A DNA stretch of 32,971 bases from Candidatus Parcubacteria bacterium (GTDB lineage Bacteria > Patescibacteriota > Minisyncoccia > Phycocordibacterales > PALSA-1337), in the NCBI GenBank assembly GCA_034666165.1, contig JAXDMJ010000015.1, positions 1 through 32,971 of the forward strand, written 5' to 3'. Numbering within the stretch: position 1 is the stretch's first letter; every line of letters begins with the position of its first letter. A program made the position numbers and the translations under genes. This document shows, piece after piece, positions 1 to 11,010 of the stretch. A model generated the notes under the pieces. That model made no database searches. It worked only from the letters and a program-made list of their open reading frames with translations, and was not told the origin of the DNA.

Positions 1-1
1 G

Positions 2-367
2 TGGGCTTTTCCGACGAATATTCCGATCGTTCCCGGACATATCCTGGTCGCTCCGGTCAGGTGCGTTGAAAGTTTGCGAGAGCTGACGGCCCAGGAAAAA
101 ACCGCGATCCTTGACCTCATTTCCATCTTAGCCAAAGCTCTGGAACAGGCATTTCAGGCCGAAGGATTCAACTATGCCTGGAACGAAGGCGAGCTCGCCG
201 GCCAGTCGGTTCCTCATCTTCACGTGCATGTTCTGCCACGGAAAAAAGGCGACAGCGGCATCACGCGTTACGAGCCGAGAGATTTCCTCTATCGCCCCGG
301 CAGTCGCGAGATTTCGCCGGACAACGAGCTGCTCGCCGTGGCCGAATCGGTCAGAAAACACCTATGA
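2..367 (+). CDS. HIT-family (FHIT-like) nucleotide hydrolase, 5'-truncated by window edge
   Basis: Frame is open from base 2 (WAFPTNIPIVPGHILVAP...) and contains the histidine triad GQSVPHLHVHVLPR; ATGA overlap with tsaD. Confidence 0.9.
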   Translation, partial: WAFPTNIPIVPGHILVAPVRCVESLRELTAQEKTAILDLISILAKALEQAFQAEGFNYAWNEGELAGQSVPHLHVHVLPRKKGDSGITRYEPRDFLYRPGSREISPDNELLAVAESVRKHL

Positions 368-1599
368 TCACCCTTGGAATCGAAACGAGCTGCGATGAGA
401 CGGCCCTGGCGCTATTGGAATCGAGAATGGGGCCGAAGCAGCGCCGCGCGTATGTGGGCGATTTCGAGTGCCGGATCGTGAATTCACTGGTCCACTCGCA
501 GGCCGCATTGCATAGCGCCTACGGCGGCGTCTTCCCCACTCTGGCCAAGCGCGAGCATGGCAAAAATCTCGTTCCTTTGCTTAATAAACTGTTGAGCGGA
601 TCGCCCGTGCCATACCGCGCGACCCTTGAACCCCGGGATATAGCCGCGACCGCTCTCGCGCTTGAAGACGAGATTGCGCGGCAAAACCCCGACCTTTTCG
701 AGACGTTCATCCATGCCGAATTCCTGAAGCAGGTGCCGGCGATCGACCGGATAGCCGTGACCGAAGGTCCCGGACTCGAGCCGACGCTCTGGGTCGGCAT
801 CAATTTCGCTCGCCTGCTCGGTCTGCTCTGGCATCTGCCGGTCGTGCCAGTCAATCATATGGAGGGACACATCGTCGGCTCGCTCTTGGACCCCGATGCT
901 TCGTTCGGCAGCTGGCAGAGACTGCAGACGCTCCGCCTGCCGGCGATCGCTCTCCTCATAAGCGGCGGCCACACCGAACTCGTGCGGATCGACGGGATCG
1001 GGCGTTACCATATCATCGGCCAAACGAAGGACGACGCGGTCGGTGAAGCCTTCGACAAGGTCGCCCGCCTCCTCGGCCTGCCCTATCCCGGCGGTCCGCA
1101 TATCGCCAGACTCTCGCATGAAGCAGCCATGGAACAAATCAGCTCTGAAGTCAGACTGCCGCGGCCGATGATCAAAAGCAGCGATCTCGATTTCTCATTT
1201 TCGGGCCTTAAAACGGCAGTTCTCTATGCTATCAGAGCCCACGCTACGCCCGACGGATCGCTGTCGGAAACATTCAAAAAAGGCCTGGCCCGCGAATTCG
1301 AACGTGCTGTGGCCGATACCTTGGATTCGAAATTGCGTGCCGGCATTGAAAAAACGCGGGCGCGAACCGTGATCGTGGGCGGCGGCGTCTCCGCCAATGA
1401 AACGCTGCGCGCCCGATTTGAAAAAACCGCCAAGGAGTACCGGACCCATATCTATCTGCCGTCACGTCATATCTCCGGCGATAACGCTTTAATGATCGCC
1501 CTCGTAGCTGCGCTTGACGCGTCCCCCATAAAGCCGGGCGGCCGTGAACTCAAAGCGGAGGGCACCAAGAGACTCGGTATTCCCGCTCCACCTATCTGA
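364..1599 (+). CDS. tsaD: tRNA N6-adenosine threonylcarbamoyltransferase TsaD
   Basis: LGIETSCDET, HGGV-like YGGVFP, GPGL, NHMEGH, SGGHT, DDAVGEAFDKVAR, FSFSGLKTAV, GGVSAN and DNA motifs. Confidence 0.96.
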   Translation: MITLGIETSCDETALALLESRMGPKQRRAYVGDFECRIVNSLVHSQAALHSAYGGVFPTLAKREHGKNLVPLLNKLLSGSPVPYRATLEPRDIAATALALEDEIARQNPDLFETFIHAEFLKQVPAIDRIAVTEGPGLEPTLWVGINFARLLGLLWHLPVVPVNHMEGHIVGSLLDPDASFGSWQRLQTLRLPAIALLISGGHTELVRIDGIGRYHIIGQTKDDAVGEAFDKVARLLGLPYPGGPHIARLSHEAAMEQISSEVRLPRPMIKSSDLDFSFSGLKTAVLYAIRAHATPDGSLSETFKKGLAREFERAVADTLDSKLRAGIEKTRARTVIVGGGVSANETLRARFEKTAKEYRTHIYLPSRHISGDNALMIALVAALDASPIKPGGRELKAEGTKRLGIPAPPI

Positions 1600-2338
1600 A
1601 CAAATTGACTATAAAGCTCCAGAAGCGGCTTAAAATGGAAGGACTGCCGGCCGCCGCGGCATCAGGACTGCCGCCGGAATTCGCTTGCGCATTTTTATCT
1701 GCATTGTCCGCAATTTTAATATTATCATTGGCAGACGTCGGACCGTTTGAGACGCTCGGCGATTCTGATGCTATCGGCGATTCGGAGGGATTTGGCGCGA
1801 CCAATTGCACGGTCGGTCCGGGAACAGTTTCAACCGTCACTTGGCCTCCGCTCCCGGCCATAACCGTCGCGCGATTCTGTTTGAAGGCGTTCAAAACAGA
1901 CAGCTCGTGTTCATCCAAAGTCATCGGTTGCGCGCAGGCCAATTCATTTATCTTCTTCTGTGTCGTGATATAGACTTCTCCGGAGGGCTGTGACGCACCC
2001 CACGGTCCCAGGACCGAGTCGAGATAGTGCGATTGGAAATCTTTGACGGCATCTTCGGTCTTTTGATCGAACACGCCGGTGACGTCGACGTCAAGCTCCT
2101 CTCTGTCGCGGAGAAAAGCCTGAAGCTTGGAGACCTGCGCCGTGTCATTCTGCCGGCCGCTCTTCATAAATGAGGTAATGAGCGGGCAGGAGGTCGTGGC
2201 AGCGACGCTCGTTGAAGCGGGAGCTATATCTGAAACGGAAGCTGTATCGGCCCGGCTTTTGGACGGCAGAATTCCGATTACTGAGACGAGGACCAGGACC
2301 GCCGTTGCCGATGCATAATATTGGGATTTTTTAGACAT
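1592..2338 (-). CDS. Secreted protein with peptidoglycan-binding (PG_binding_1-like) domain and low-complexity tail
   Basis: N-terminal signal peptide; G..N...QVSKLQAFL...VTGVFDQKTEDAVKDFQ...SGEVYITT pattern of PG-binding helices. Confidence 0.75.
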   Translation of the reverse strand: MSKKSQYYASATAVLVLVSVIGILPSKSRADTASVSDIAPASTSVAATTSCPLITSFMKSGRQNDTAQVSKLQAFLRDREELDVDVTGVFDQKTEDAVKDFQSHYLDSVLGPWGASQPSGEVYITTQKKINELACAQPMTLDEHELSVLNAFKQNRATVMAGSGGQVTVETVPGPTVQLVAPNPSESPIASESPSVSNGPTSANDNIKIADNADKNAQANSGGSPDAAAAGSPSILSRFWSFIVNLFR

Positions 2339-2473
2339 AAAAATGGATTAATTCCTCTTACTTCTAATCAGACTGGCGTACCAGTATTGTCGTAGTGTAT
2401 AGCATATCGCAAAAAAATGTCAACGACAGTCGGTCCGTATATGCGATGCTCGAGCACCTGCTATAATGAGAGC

Positions 2474-3172
2474 ATGATAAGCGGCACCGCCTTCATTTAT
2501 TCGGTCATTGCCGGCTTACTCCCTTCCCTCATTTGGCTTTTCTTTTGGATCAGAGAAGATAAAGAGCATGCCGAGCCGCGCTACCTCCTCGTGGGCACAT
2601 TTTTCGCGGGAATGCTCTCGGTCATCGCCGCGGTCTTTGCGGAAAAATACATTGCCGATATTGTCGCCGACGAAAGTCTGCGCTACGCTCTCTGGGCGGC
2701 GGTCGAAGAGATCTTCAAATTCGCGGCGGTAGCCTTGGTCGCCTTAAAGACCGCCTCCAATGATGAGCCGATCGATGCCATGATCTATTGCATCGTGGTC
2801 GCGCTCGGCTTCGCGGCCGTGGAAAACGCGCTTTTTGCCATGGGACCTCTCTCGGACGGCTCGATCGCCGAGAGCATCGTCAGAGTCAATCTGCGCTTTA
2901 TCGGGGCGACTCTGGTGCACATGGTGAGTACCGGCATGATCGGCTTCGCTCTCGGCATGGTCTTCTATCGCGGACATATCGCGAAGATCGCCGCCACGCT
3001 CGCCGGCCTCGCGGCAGCCATCGTGTTGCACGCCGGATTCAACTTGTCTATAATTAACGCTGACGGCACAGACACGCTCCGCACGTTCGCCTGGGTCTGG
3101 GCAACCGTCATCATCCTGATCGTCATGTTCGAGGAAGTGAAGGCAGTGCGGCCGAAGATTTTGAAAATATAA
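2474..3172 (+). CDS. PrsW-family glutamic-type intramembrane protease
   Basis: Multi-TM; EEIFKF, GFAAVEN, H...T and LHAGFN motifs. Start moved to ATG 2474, 6 nt after TGcTATAAT. Confidence 0.9.
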   Translation: MISGTAFIYSVIAGLLPSLIWLFFWIREDKEHAEPRYLLVGTFFAGMLSVIAAVFAEKYIADIVADESLRYALWAAVEEIFKFAAVALVALKTASNDEPIDAMIYCIVVALGFAAVENALFAMGPLSDGSIAESIVRVNLRFIGATLVHMVSTGMIGFALGMVFYRGHIAKIAATLAGLAAAIVLHAGFNLSIINADGTDTLRTFAWVWATVIILIVMFEEVKAVRPKILKI

Positions 3173-3185
3173 ATTTTAATATAAT

Positions 3186-3665
3186 ATGGCCAAAGACAAG
3201 AAATCTTTTTTTGAACGATTGACCGGCACAGTTCGCATGGCAGATGATGAATCTGAAACGGCCGTCAAACCGGCAAAAAAGGCTTACGGCGGGAACGGCG
3301 ATGCGACGTCCTGGATGGATACTGAAACGGAACAGGAAGGCGAACTGACGGTCGACGTCTATCAGACGCCGGATATGATCGTCGTGAAGTCAATGATCGC
3401 CGGCGTCAGGCCCGAGGATCTCGACATCTCCATCACCCGCGATACCATCACCATCAGGGGCAAACGCGAAGAAGAAAAGGTGGCCCGTGATGAAGATTTT
3501 TTTACGCGCGAATTGTATTGGGGCTCTTTCTCCCGGACTATTTCCCTGCCGGAGGAAATCGACGTTGACGAGGCCGAGGCAGTCGAGAAACACGGGCTTT
3601 TGATCTTGAAACTTCCCAAATTGGACAAGAAGCGGCAATCGAAATTGAAGGTCAGGACGGTTTGA
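3186..3665 (+). CDS. Hsp20/alpha-crystallin small heat-shock protein
   Basis: VDVYQT, AGVRPEDLDISI, TIRGKR, ELYWGSFSRTISLP, GLLILKLPK. Confidence 0.94.
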   Translation: MAKDKKSFFERLTGTVRMADDESETAVKPAKKAYGGNGDATSWMDTETEQEGELTVDVYQTPDMIVVKSMIAGVRPEDLDISITRDTITIRGKREEEKVARDEDFFTRELYWGSFSRTISLPEEIDVDEAEAVEKHGLLILKLPKLDKKRQSKLKVRTV

Positions 3666-3675
3666 TGAAAGGTAA

Positions 3676-3698
3676 AGGCCTGCTTTGTGGGCAGGCCT
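3676..3698. terminator. Probable bidirectional intrinsic terminator
   Basis: AGGCCTGC-7nt-GCAGGCCT hairpin between convergent genes. Confidence 0.65.
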
Positions 3699-3716
3699 AA
3701 ATTGAGGAGGTGAACT

Positions 3717-4106
3717 CTAAAATTTTGGTTTTCGAGATTCTCCGAAGATGATGTTCATGGCGTCGTTGTAGGAGCGCCGATAGATCTGCGTGTTCTCACA
3801 GGCGTTTGCTGAGACGGCCAATTCGTGGAGGCGGCCGATTTTTTCGGGCTGACTTGTGATCTCCTGAATGAGATCGGCGTCCTCCGGGCGGTAAGCCTGG
3901 TCCGATCCTGGCGCGTATCTTTCCGCGACGGTTCGGATTTTTCGGACGGCCAGTGCGGCCCTAATTTCTTGTCTGGAAACCGTCGACAATTCGAAGATTT
4001 CTGCAGAAGATAAGCCGGCAGCTTCTCGATTACAATGAATAATCGAGAGGATGTTCTCGTACTCGTTGACATAGTCGCCGAGAAGAATTGGTTTTTCTTT
4101 ACTCAT
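3717..4106 (-). CDS. Hypothetical protein (about 129 aa)
   Basis: ORF fills the gap; start moved to ATG 4106 because the upstream part overlaps a consensus promoter. Confidence 0.7.
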   Translation of the reverse strand: MSKEKPILLGDYVNEYENILSIIHCNREAAGLSSAEIFELSTVSRQEIRAALAVRKIRTVAERYAPGSDQAYRPEDADLIQEITSQPEKIGRLHELAVSANACENTQIYRRSYNDAMNIIFGESRKPKF

Positions 4107-4139
4107 AATTTGGTGAACAATTGACTTGACTACGTATCC

Positions 4140-4169
4140 ATTATAGCATATAATGGAAGTATATGTCAA
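4140..4169 (-). promoter_or_regulatory. Sigma70-type promoter of the hypothetical gene
   Basis: TTGACA-18nt-TATAAT with extended TG on the minus strand. Confidence 0.75.
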
Positions 4170-4186
4170 GTTTTCTCGCAACGCAA

Positions 4187-4209
4187 ACGAACCCTCAATA
4201 CGGGGGTTC
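4187..4209 (-). terminator. Possible gyrB terminator hairpin
   Basis: GAACCCTC-AATACG-GGGGTTC inverted repeat about 35 nt past the gyrB stop. Confidence 0.5.
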
Positions 4210-4244
4210 TTTTACACAATTTATCGCAAATTTAGCGGATTACC

Positions 4245-6476
<2,232 letters not shown>

Positions 6477-6628
6477 TCAAGAATGTGGATTAAAATATGG
6501 TCAAAAAATGCTTGACGTCCAGCCATATAGTATGCTGATCTTCTTCTGAAAGAACATTGATTTTCAAGGCTTTAAGGCGGTGTGCCAGAACAATATGCAG
6601 AACAATTTATACAGACGATTTGCCAAAA

Positions 6629-8548
6629 TCACCTTACCTGCCATTTCTCCATTTCAATTTCCTCGTTGATTCTTTCCATTATCTTGTTCGCTTCCACGTC
6701 GGTCAGAGTCCGGTCCATTGATTGAAAAACCAGGCGGAAAGCATAGGAGGTCTCGTTCCCTTTTTTAAACATGTCGAAGAATGAGTGACGAACGAGTAAT
6801 TCTAATGCGCCGGCTTTTTTGATCCCCTTCAACACGGATTCCCAGACAACTCTCACTTCGGTTGCTTCAGGAACAAGTATAGCTATATCGCGGGTGATAA
6901 ACGGAAAGGGTGAGATCTTTGCATAGCGGTTGTTCGAAGCCGGTTCAAAATTAAAATCCCCGTACGATACCCCTGGTTTGAATTCTTTTACGATCTCGTC
7001 CAAGTTGAGTTCTGTGACTGTATGCAGACCGTCAGCGGTTATTTTGTGCTTCGAAATTGGCGTTCTTAACTCATTTCCCAGCAAACTGACTGTGGCCGAA
7101 ATAACCTTCTCGCTGCTGACTCCCTTTGCTTTCTTGACTTGCGCAGCGCCCAATCCCAGCATGACCGATTCGCCTTCCCTGCTGAAGATATGACCGATCT
7201 CGAAGATCTTTATCTCTTCGAGCCCTAATAAATCGGCATTCTGAACATTCTTCTCTAGGCAAACCAGGAGACCATCCGTCAGATTTTTGCGGGCAAAGGC
7301 CTTATCTCTGGCCAAGGGCTTGGCGATTTCGATCTCGCCTTTTGGAACCAGAGTATAGAGACTGACTTCCGAAAATCCTGCAGATATGAGGATACTCCGG
7401 ATATGTTCCATGAGATAGAACATGGCGAGGACAAGCGGATCAGCGATCTTTTCGGGAAGAACGCCCTTAATATGGTCGTATCCGTAGATGCGGCCGATCT
7501 CTTCGACAATGTCTTCAGGAATCCGCAGGTCGAGGCGTTCAAAAGGGATCGTGAGCGACCAGCGATCGTCTTTTTCCAGAATGGCGATGCCCAGACGCGT
7601 GAGAATATCTTTTGCCTCATCTCTCGGGACTTTCATTCCGAGGCGCTGGTCGGCGTAAGCGGGATCAAAATCAATGACTGTTTGAACAGCCTTGACCAGA
7701 TAGACGTCGATGATGGGACCGAATCTCGCCTCCGGGCAAATCTCTTTGATCAAGGCGCTCACATTGTTCATGGCGAGCGGCGCCAATTCGGGCGTAATTT
7801 CATTCTCGAACCTCTTTGACGCCTCGGAGCGGATATCGAGGCGCGTCGCGGTTCGCCGCACGGCTATGGGATTGAAATGCGCGGATTCAATGATCAGCCG
7901 CTTTGTCGAGGGCGTGACTTCAGCCCTCTTGCCGCCTTTGACTCCGGCCACGCCGAGCGGCCCTTCATCGTCGGCAATCAGAAAATCGTCCGGCGTCAAG
8001 GAGATTTCCTGCCCGTCCAGAAGTGTAATCTTTTCTCCTTGCTTAGCCGCGCGCACGGTGATCGCACCCTTCACTTTATCGGCATCGAAGACGTGCATGG
8101 GCTGGCCGATATCGAACATGACCAGATTGGCCGCATCGACCATCGGAGCGATGGAGCGCTGACCGAGAGCCGTGAGGAAATTTTTTAGCCACGGCGGCGA
8201 GGCCTTGATCGGATCGATTTCGACACAACGACCCATGTATCTCGCACAAAAAACTTTATCCTCTATTTTGATATCCGGCTTTGTTTCTCTATCGGTCTCG
8301 ACTGCCTTAGCCGCCCGGCTCTTTAGAGCCTGCTTCGTCATCACGGCGATCTCGTCGGCGATTCCTTTGTGACAAAGACAATTGTGCGCGCGGTCAGGCA
8401 GGACCTTAACGTCGATAACCGAATCGTTCCCGACCTTTTCGACGCCTTCGATCTCAAAAGAATGGAAAGTAATGAGCTCTGCCAGCTTTAGAGGCGCCGG
8501 GATTTTCTCGTCGAAATATGTTTGAAGCCAGTTATGCGAAATTTTCAT
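6629..8548 (-). CDS. pheT: Phenylalanine-tRNA ligase beta subunit (short form)
   Basis: MKISHNWL, B3/B4 (GQPMHVFDADK, ESAHF, SEASKRFE), B5 (RLDLRIPEDIVEEIGRIYGY) and C-terminal FDX-ACB domain (FPFITRDIA, SYAFRL..Q..DRTLTD). Confidence 0.95.
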   Translation of the reverse strand: MKISHNWLQTYFDEKIPAPLKLAELITFHSFEIEGVEKVGNDSVIDVKVLPDRAHNCLCHKGIADEIAVMTKQALKSRAAKAVETDRETKPDIKIEDKVFCARYMGRCVEIDPIKASPPWLKNFLTALGQRSIAPMVDAANLVMFDIGQPMHVFDADKVKGAITVRAAKQGEKITLLDGQEISLTPDDFLIADDEGPLGVAGVKGGKRAEVTPSTKRLIIESAHFNPIAVRRTATRLDIRSEASKRFENEITPELAPLAMNNVSALIKEICPEARFGPIIDVYLVKAVQTVIDFDPAYADQRLGMKVPRDEAKDILTRLGIAILEKDDRWSLTIPFERLDLRIPEDIVEEIGRIYGYDHIKGVLPEKIADPLVLAMFYLMEHIRSILISAGFSEVSLYTLVPKGEIEIAKPLARDKAFARKNLTDGLLVCLEKNVQNADLLGLEEIKIFEIGHIFSREGESVMLGLGAAQVKKAKGVSSEKVISATVSLLGNELRTPISKHKITADGLHTVTELNLDEIVKEFKPGVSYGDFNFEPASNNRYAKISPFPFITRDIAILVPEATEVRVVWESVLKGIKKAGALELLVRHSFFDMFKKGNETSYAFRLVFQSMDRTLTDVEANKIMERINEEIEMEKWQVR

Positions 8549-8549
8549 T

Positions 8550-9308
8550 TTAGAATTGATCGATGAACCGCAGATCGCCGTTGTATAGCAGACGGATATC
8601 GGGAATAGCGTGCTTCAACATGACCAGACGGTCTATGCCGAAGGCGAAAGCGAAACCTTGCCATTCTTTCGGGTCCAACCCGCCGGCGCGGAGAACATGC
8701 GGGTGCACTAAGCCAGCCCCTACGATTTCCAGCCATTTATCTTTCCATTTCAGGTCGCCCTCGATCGCCGGTTCGACGAAGGGAAAATAACTGGGACGGA
8801 AGCGCATCTCGCTCTTCTCTCCGAAGAGCTTCTTCAGGGCATGCTCGAGCGTGCCGATCAATTGCGCCAGAGAAACGTTCCTGTCGACCAAGAGCCCTTC
8901 GACCTGATAGAACTGGGCTTCATGCGTGGCGTCGGTGGCTTCATTACGGAAGACTTTGCCCGGCACAAATACTCGAAAAGGCGGTTTATGGCTTTCCATG
9001 AACCGGATCTGCACAGCCGAGGTTTGGGTCGTCAAGAGCCGCCGTCCGAGATTCCTGCCGGGAAAATCCGTTCCGGAGACATTCTTCACCCCTCCTTGAG
9101 CGTCTTTCAGGCCTTCCTTGATCCAAAACGTGTCTTGCATATCGCGGGAAGGATGGTCGGCCGGAATGTTGAGAGCGTCAAAATTGTAGTATTCATATTC
9201 CAATTCCGGCCCGAGAGCGACCTCGAAACCCAGTTCGTAAAAAACCGCGTAAATTTCGCGGATCGTCTGGGTAATGGGGTGCAAATGCCCGCGCTCCATG
9301 GGTACCAT
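8550..9308 (-). CDS. pheS: Phenylalanine-tRNA ligase alpha subunit (no N-terminal coiled coil)
   Basis: GHLHP, NFDALNIPADHPSRDMQDTF, FRNEATDATH, FYQVEGL, FRPSYFPFVEP, GFAFAFGIDRL. Confidence 0.96.
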   Translation of the reverse strand: MVPMERGHLHPITQTIREIYAVFYELGFEVALGPELEYEYYNFDALNIPADHPSRDMQDTFWIKEGLKDAQGGVKNVSGTDFPGRNLGRRLLTTQTSAVQIRFMESHKPPFRVFVPGKVFRNEATDATHEAQFYQVEGLLVDRNVSLAQLIGTLEHALKKLFGEKSEMRFRPSYFPFVEPAIEGDLKWKDKWLEIVGAGLVHPHVLRAGGLDPKEWQGFAFAFGIDRLVMLKHAIPDIRLLYNGDLRFIDQF

Positions 9309-9337
9309 ATGCCTACTCTAACAAAAAAGCGGAGGAT

Positions 9338-9360
9338 AAAAAAGACCCGCTCGCGGGCCT
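9338..9360 (-). terminator. Intrinsic terminator after NYN-like gene 1
   Basis: AGGCCCGC-GA-GCGGGTCT followed by a T-run on the minus strand. Confidence 0.6.
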
Positions 9361-9400
9361 GCTTCCATCATATTCCGGCTATTTCCGCACTTTCACTGTT

Positions 9401-9889
9401 TCAGGCGGGTACGAAATGCGCCACGAGAATTGACCGATCGGCGCCTCGACGAAGCTTCGGATCTAAGGTCTTGCCGCAGACAAGCACGGCACGCCTTTGC
9501 TTCTTGAGAATTTCGAGCACATCGGCAAAAGAAACATTGCTCGTGACCAGCATAACATGATGCGCCAGTCTACTGGCGTCGAGCTCCTTCATGATCAGTT
9601 CCTGAAGCACTTCATAAGGCGGCCTTCTGCTCCAGGAGATCTGAGCGCGATGCTTGGCAAACATTACATCGAGGGATTCGCGAATGATATCCGGCCCGCT
9701 CCCGCCTGTCTGGGTCGAATATGCAACCGTACAGATTGTCCTGACCTCAATGCCTTCGACTTTGAAGAAAGGCCGTAAATTTTTCATGAAACCGGCGATG
9801 CTCGGACTGTTGGAGCGCGTCACGGCCTCCCTTCCGAATCCGCCGAGATCGATATAAACGTCGACAATATTATGTAAATGAGAATTCAC
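9401..9889 (-). CDS. NYN/LabA-like (PIN-fold) domain protein, degenerate active site, paralog 1
   Basis: VYID at N-terminus; MLVTSNVSFADVLEILKKQRRAVLVCG...KLRRGADRSI resembles the NYN C-terminal pattern LvSgDxDF..l..l+..Gk.V.vvg.....L...aD.fi. Confidence 0.7.
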   Translation of the reverse strand: MNSHLHNIVDVYIDLGGFGREAVTRSNSPSIAGFMKNLRPFFKVEGIEVRTICTVAYSTQTGGSGPDIIRESLDVMFAKHRAQISWSRRPPYEVLQELIMKELDASRLAHHVMLVTSNVSFADVLEILKKQRRAVLVCGKTLDPKLRRGADRSILVAHFVPA

Positions 9890-9947
9890 TTTTCACCTGT
9901 CTTTCTTTGCTGTCCCCAAGATACCATGAAGTGGCACTGGCTCCAAC

Positions 9948-9981
9948 AAAAAAGCCGGCCCCGCATATGAGCGAGCCGGTC
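9948..9981 (-). terminator. Intrinsic terminator after NYN-like gene 2
   Basis: CCGGCTCGC...GCGGGGCCGG hairpin followed by TTTTTT on the minus strand. Confidence 0.7.
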
Positions 9982-10458
9982 TTAAGAGAGCACTTCCTTC
10001 ATGTTTATTGACGCCGTGGCCGCATTCCGGAGCGGTAACGGGCTCATGGTGCCGCAAACGACTAGGGAAAATTTCTTCTCCTTCAGAGACTGGAGCAGTG
10101 GAACGAAGTAGATGCTGTTGGTGACGAGCATCACGTCAGGCGACAGATTTTCCTCGCCCTCGGCTTTTTCAATCTCTTCTTGAAGGCGTATCTCCGATTC
10201 CTTGCTCCAGAAAAACTCGGCCCGACATCGGGTAAAAGTCGCATTCAGAGCCTGCTGAACGTTTTCCGGCACCGGCATTATGCCCTGGGACGAGCATGCG
10301 GAAACAAAGATCCGCTTTACATCAAATCTTCGAAAGTCTAAGAACTGCCGTAGATTTTTGAAGAAACTGGCGACCCGGCTGTTGTTTGGCCTGGCCATTA
10401 CGTTCGGTCCAAATCCGCCGAGATCAATGTACACATCGATCGGTTTAAGGAAACTCAC
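9982..10458 (-). CDS. NYN/LabA-like domain protein, degenerate active site, paralog 2
   Basis: DVYIDLGGFG shared with the neighbour; MLVTNSIYFVPLLQSLKEKKFSLVVCG...LRNAA. Start moved to GTG 10458 (aligns with paralog and avoids tRNA overlap). Confidence 0.7.
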   Translation of the reverse strand: MSFLKPIDVYIDLGGFGPNVMARPNNSRVASFFKNLRQFLDFRRFDVKRIFVSACSSQGIMPVPENVQQALNATFTRCRAEFFWSKESEIRLQEEIEKAEGEENLSPDVMLVTNSIYFVPLLQSLKEKKFSLVVCGTMSPLPLRNAATASINMKEVLS

Positions 10459-10536
10459 ATGCCACCGTCCTTTCTGTTCTCTACAAGCATACAACAGATT
10501 AACACAAATATCAAGGATGCGGCAAAATTTCCACGG

Positions 10537-10609
10537 AGCCACCTCCCAGGGTCGAACTGGGGACCTTCGCTTTACAAAAGCGTTGCTCTACCGACTGAGC
10601 TAAGGTGGC
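10537..10609 (-). tRNA. tRNA-Thr(UGU)
   Basis: Cloverleaf GCCACCT/AGGTGGC, D-arm GCTC/GAGC, anticodon loop TT-TGT-AA, TTCGA T-loop; CCA not encoded. Confidence 0.95.
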
Positions 10610-10617
10610 GATTATCC

Positions 10618-10998
10618 CTATTTATCAGCGATGCGGCGCAGATAGAAGGAAGCGCCCTCATATTTGATATCTGCCCGGCCGCGGACGGCGTCGATGACCT
10701 TGCGGCTGTGGGGATTGGCGAGCGCGCGCTCCTTCGCCGCGACAAAAATCTTATTGACCCGGACGAGAACGTGAAAAGCAATCCATTGCATGATCATGAT
10801 GAATGTTTTTTTGTTGACGTAGGACACACCGTGTTTTATGGTCGAGAAGACTGAATGACAGAGGTGATCGCTGCCCTTTCCCAGGCGCGATACGACGCTC
10901 GCCCGGCCGGATTTGATCTCATGGCGCTTCAGGCAGATCATGGCGATGATCCCGATGAGAGCTGCATAGAACGCGGCCATCACTATATATAAGGTCAT
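10618..10998 (-). CDS. Hypothetical membrane-anchored basic protein
   Basis: N-terminal hydrophobic segment; 12 nt downstream of tsf, same strand. Confidence 0.8.
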   Translation of the reverse strand: MTLYIVMAAFYAALIGIIAMICLKRHEIKSGRASVVSRLGKGSDHLCHSVFSTIKHGVSYVNKKTFIMIMQWIAFHVLVRVNKIFVAAKERALANPHSRKVIDAVRGRADIKYEGASFYLRRIADK

Positions 10999-11010
10999 AA
11001 TGGTTGATGA

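Noticed and set aside
9309-9400. T-box or pheM-type attenuator upstream of pheS
   Set aside because: Only about 90 nt are available, occupied by the upstream terminator and a -10 element 6 nt from the ATG.
10459-10620. Prophage or island integrated at tRNA-Thr
   Set aside because: No integrase and no duplicated tRNA 3' end (att) found near 9310-9400 or elsewhere in the window.
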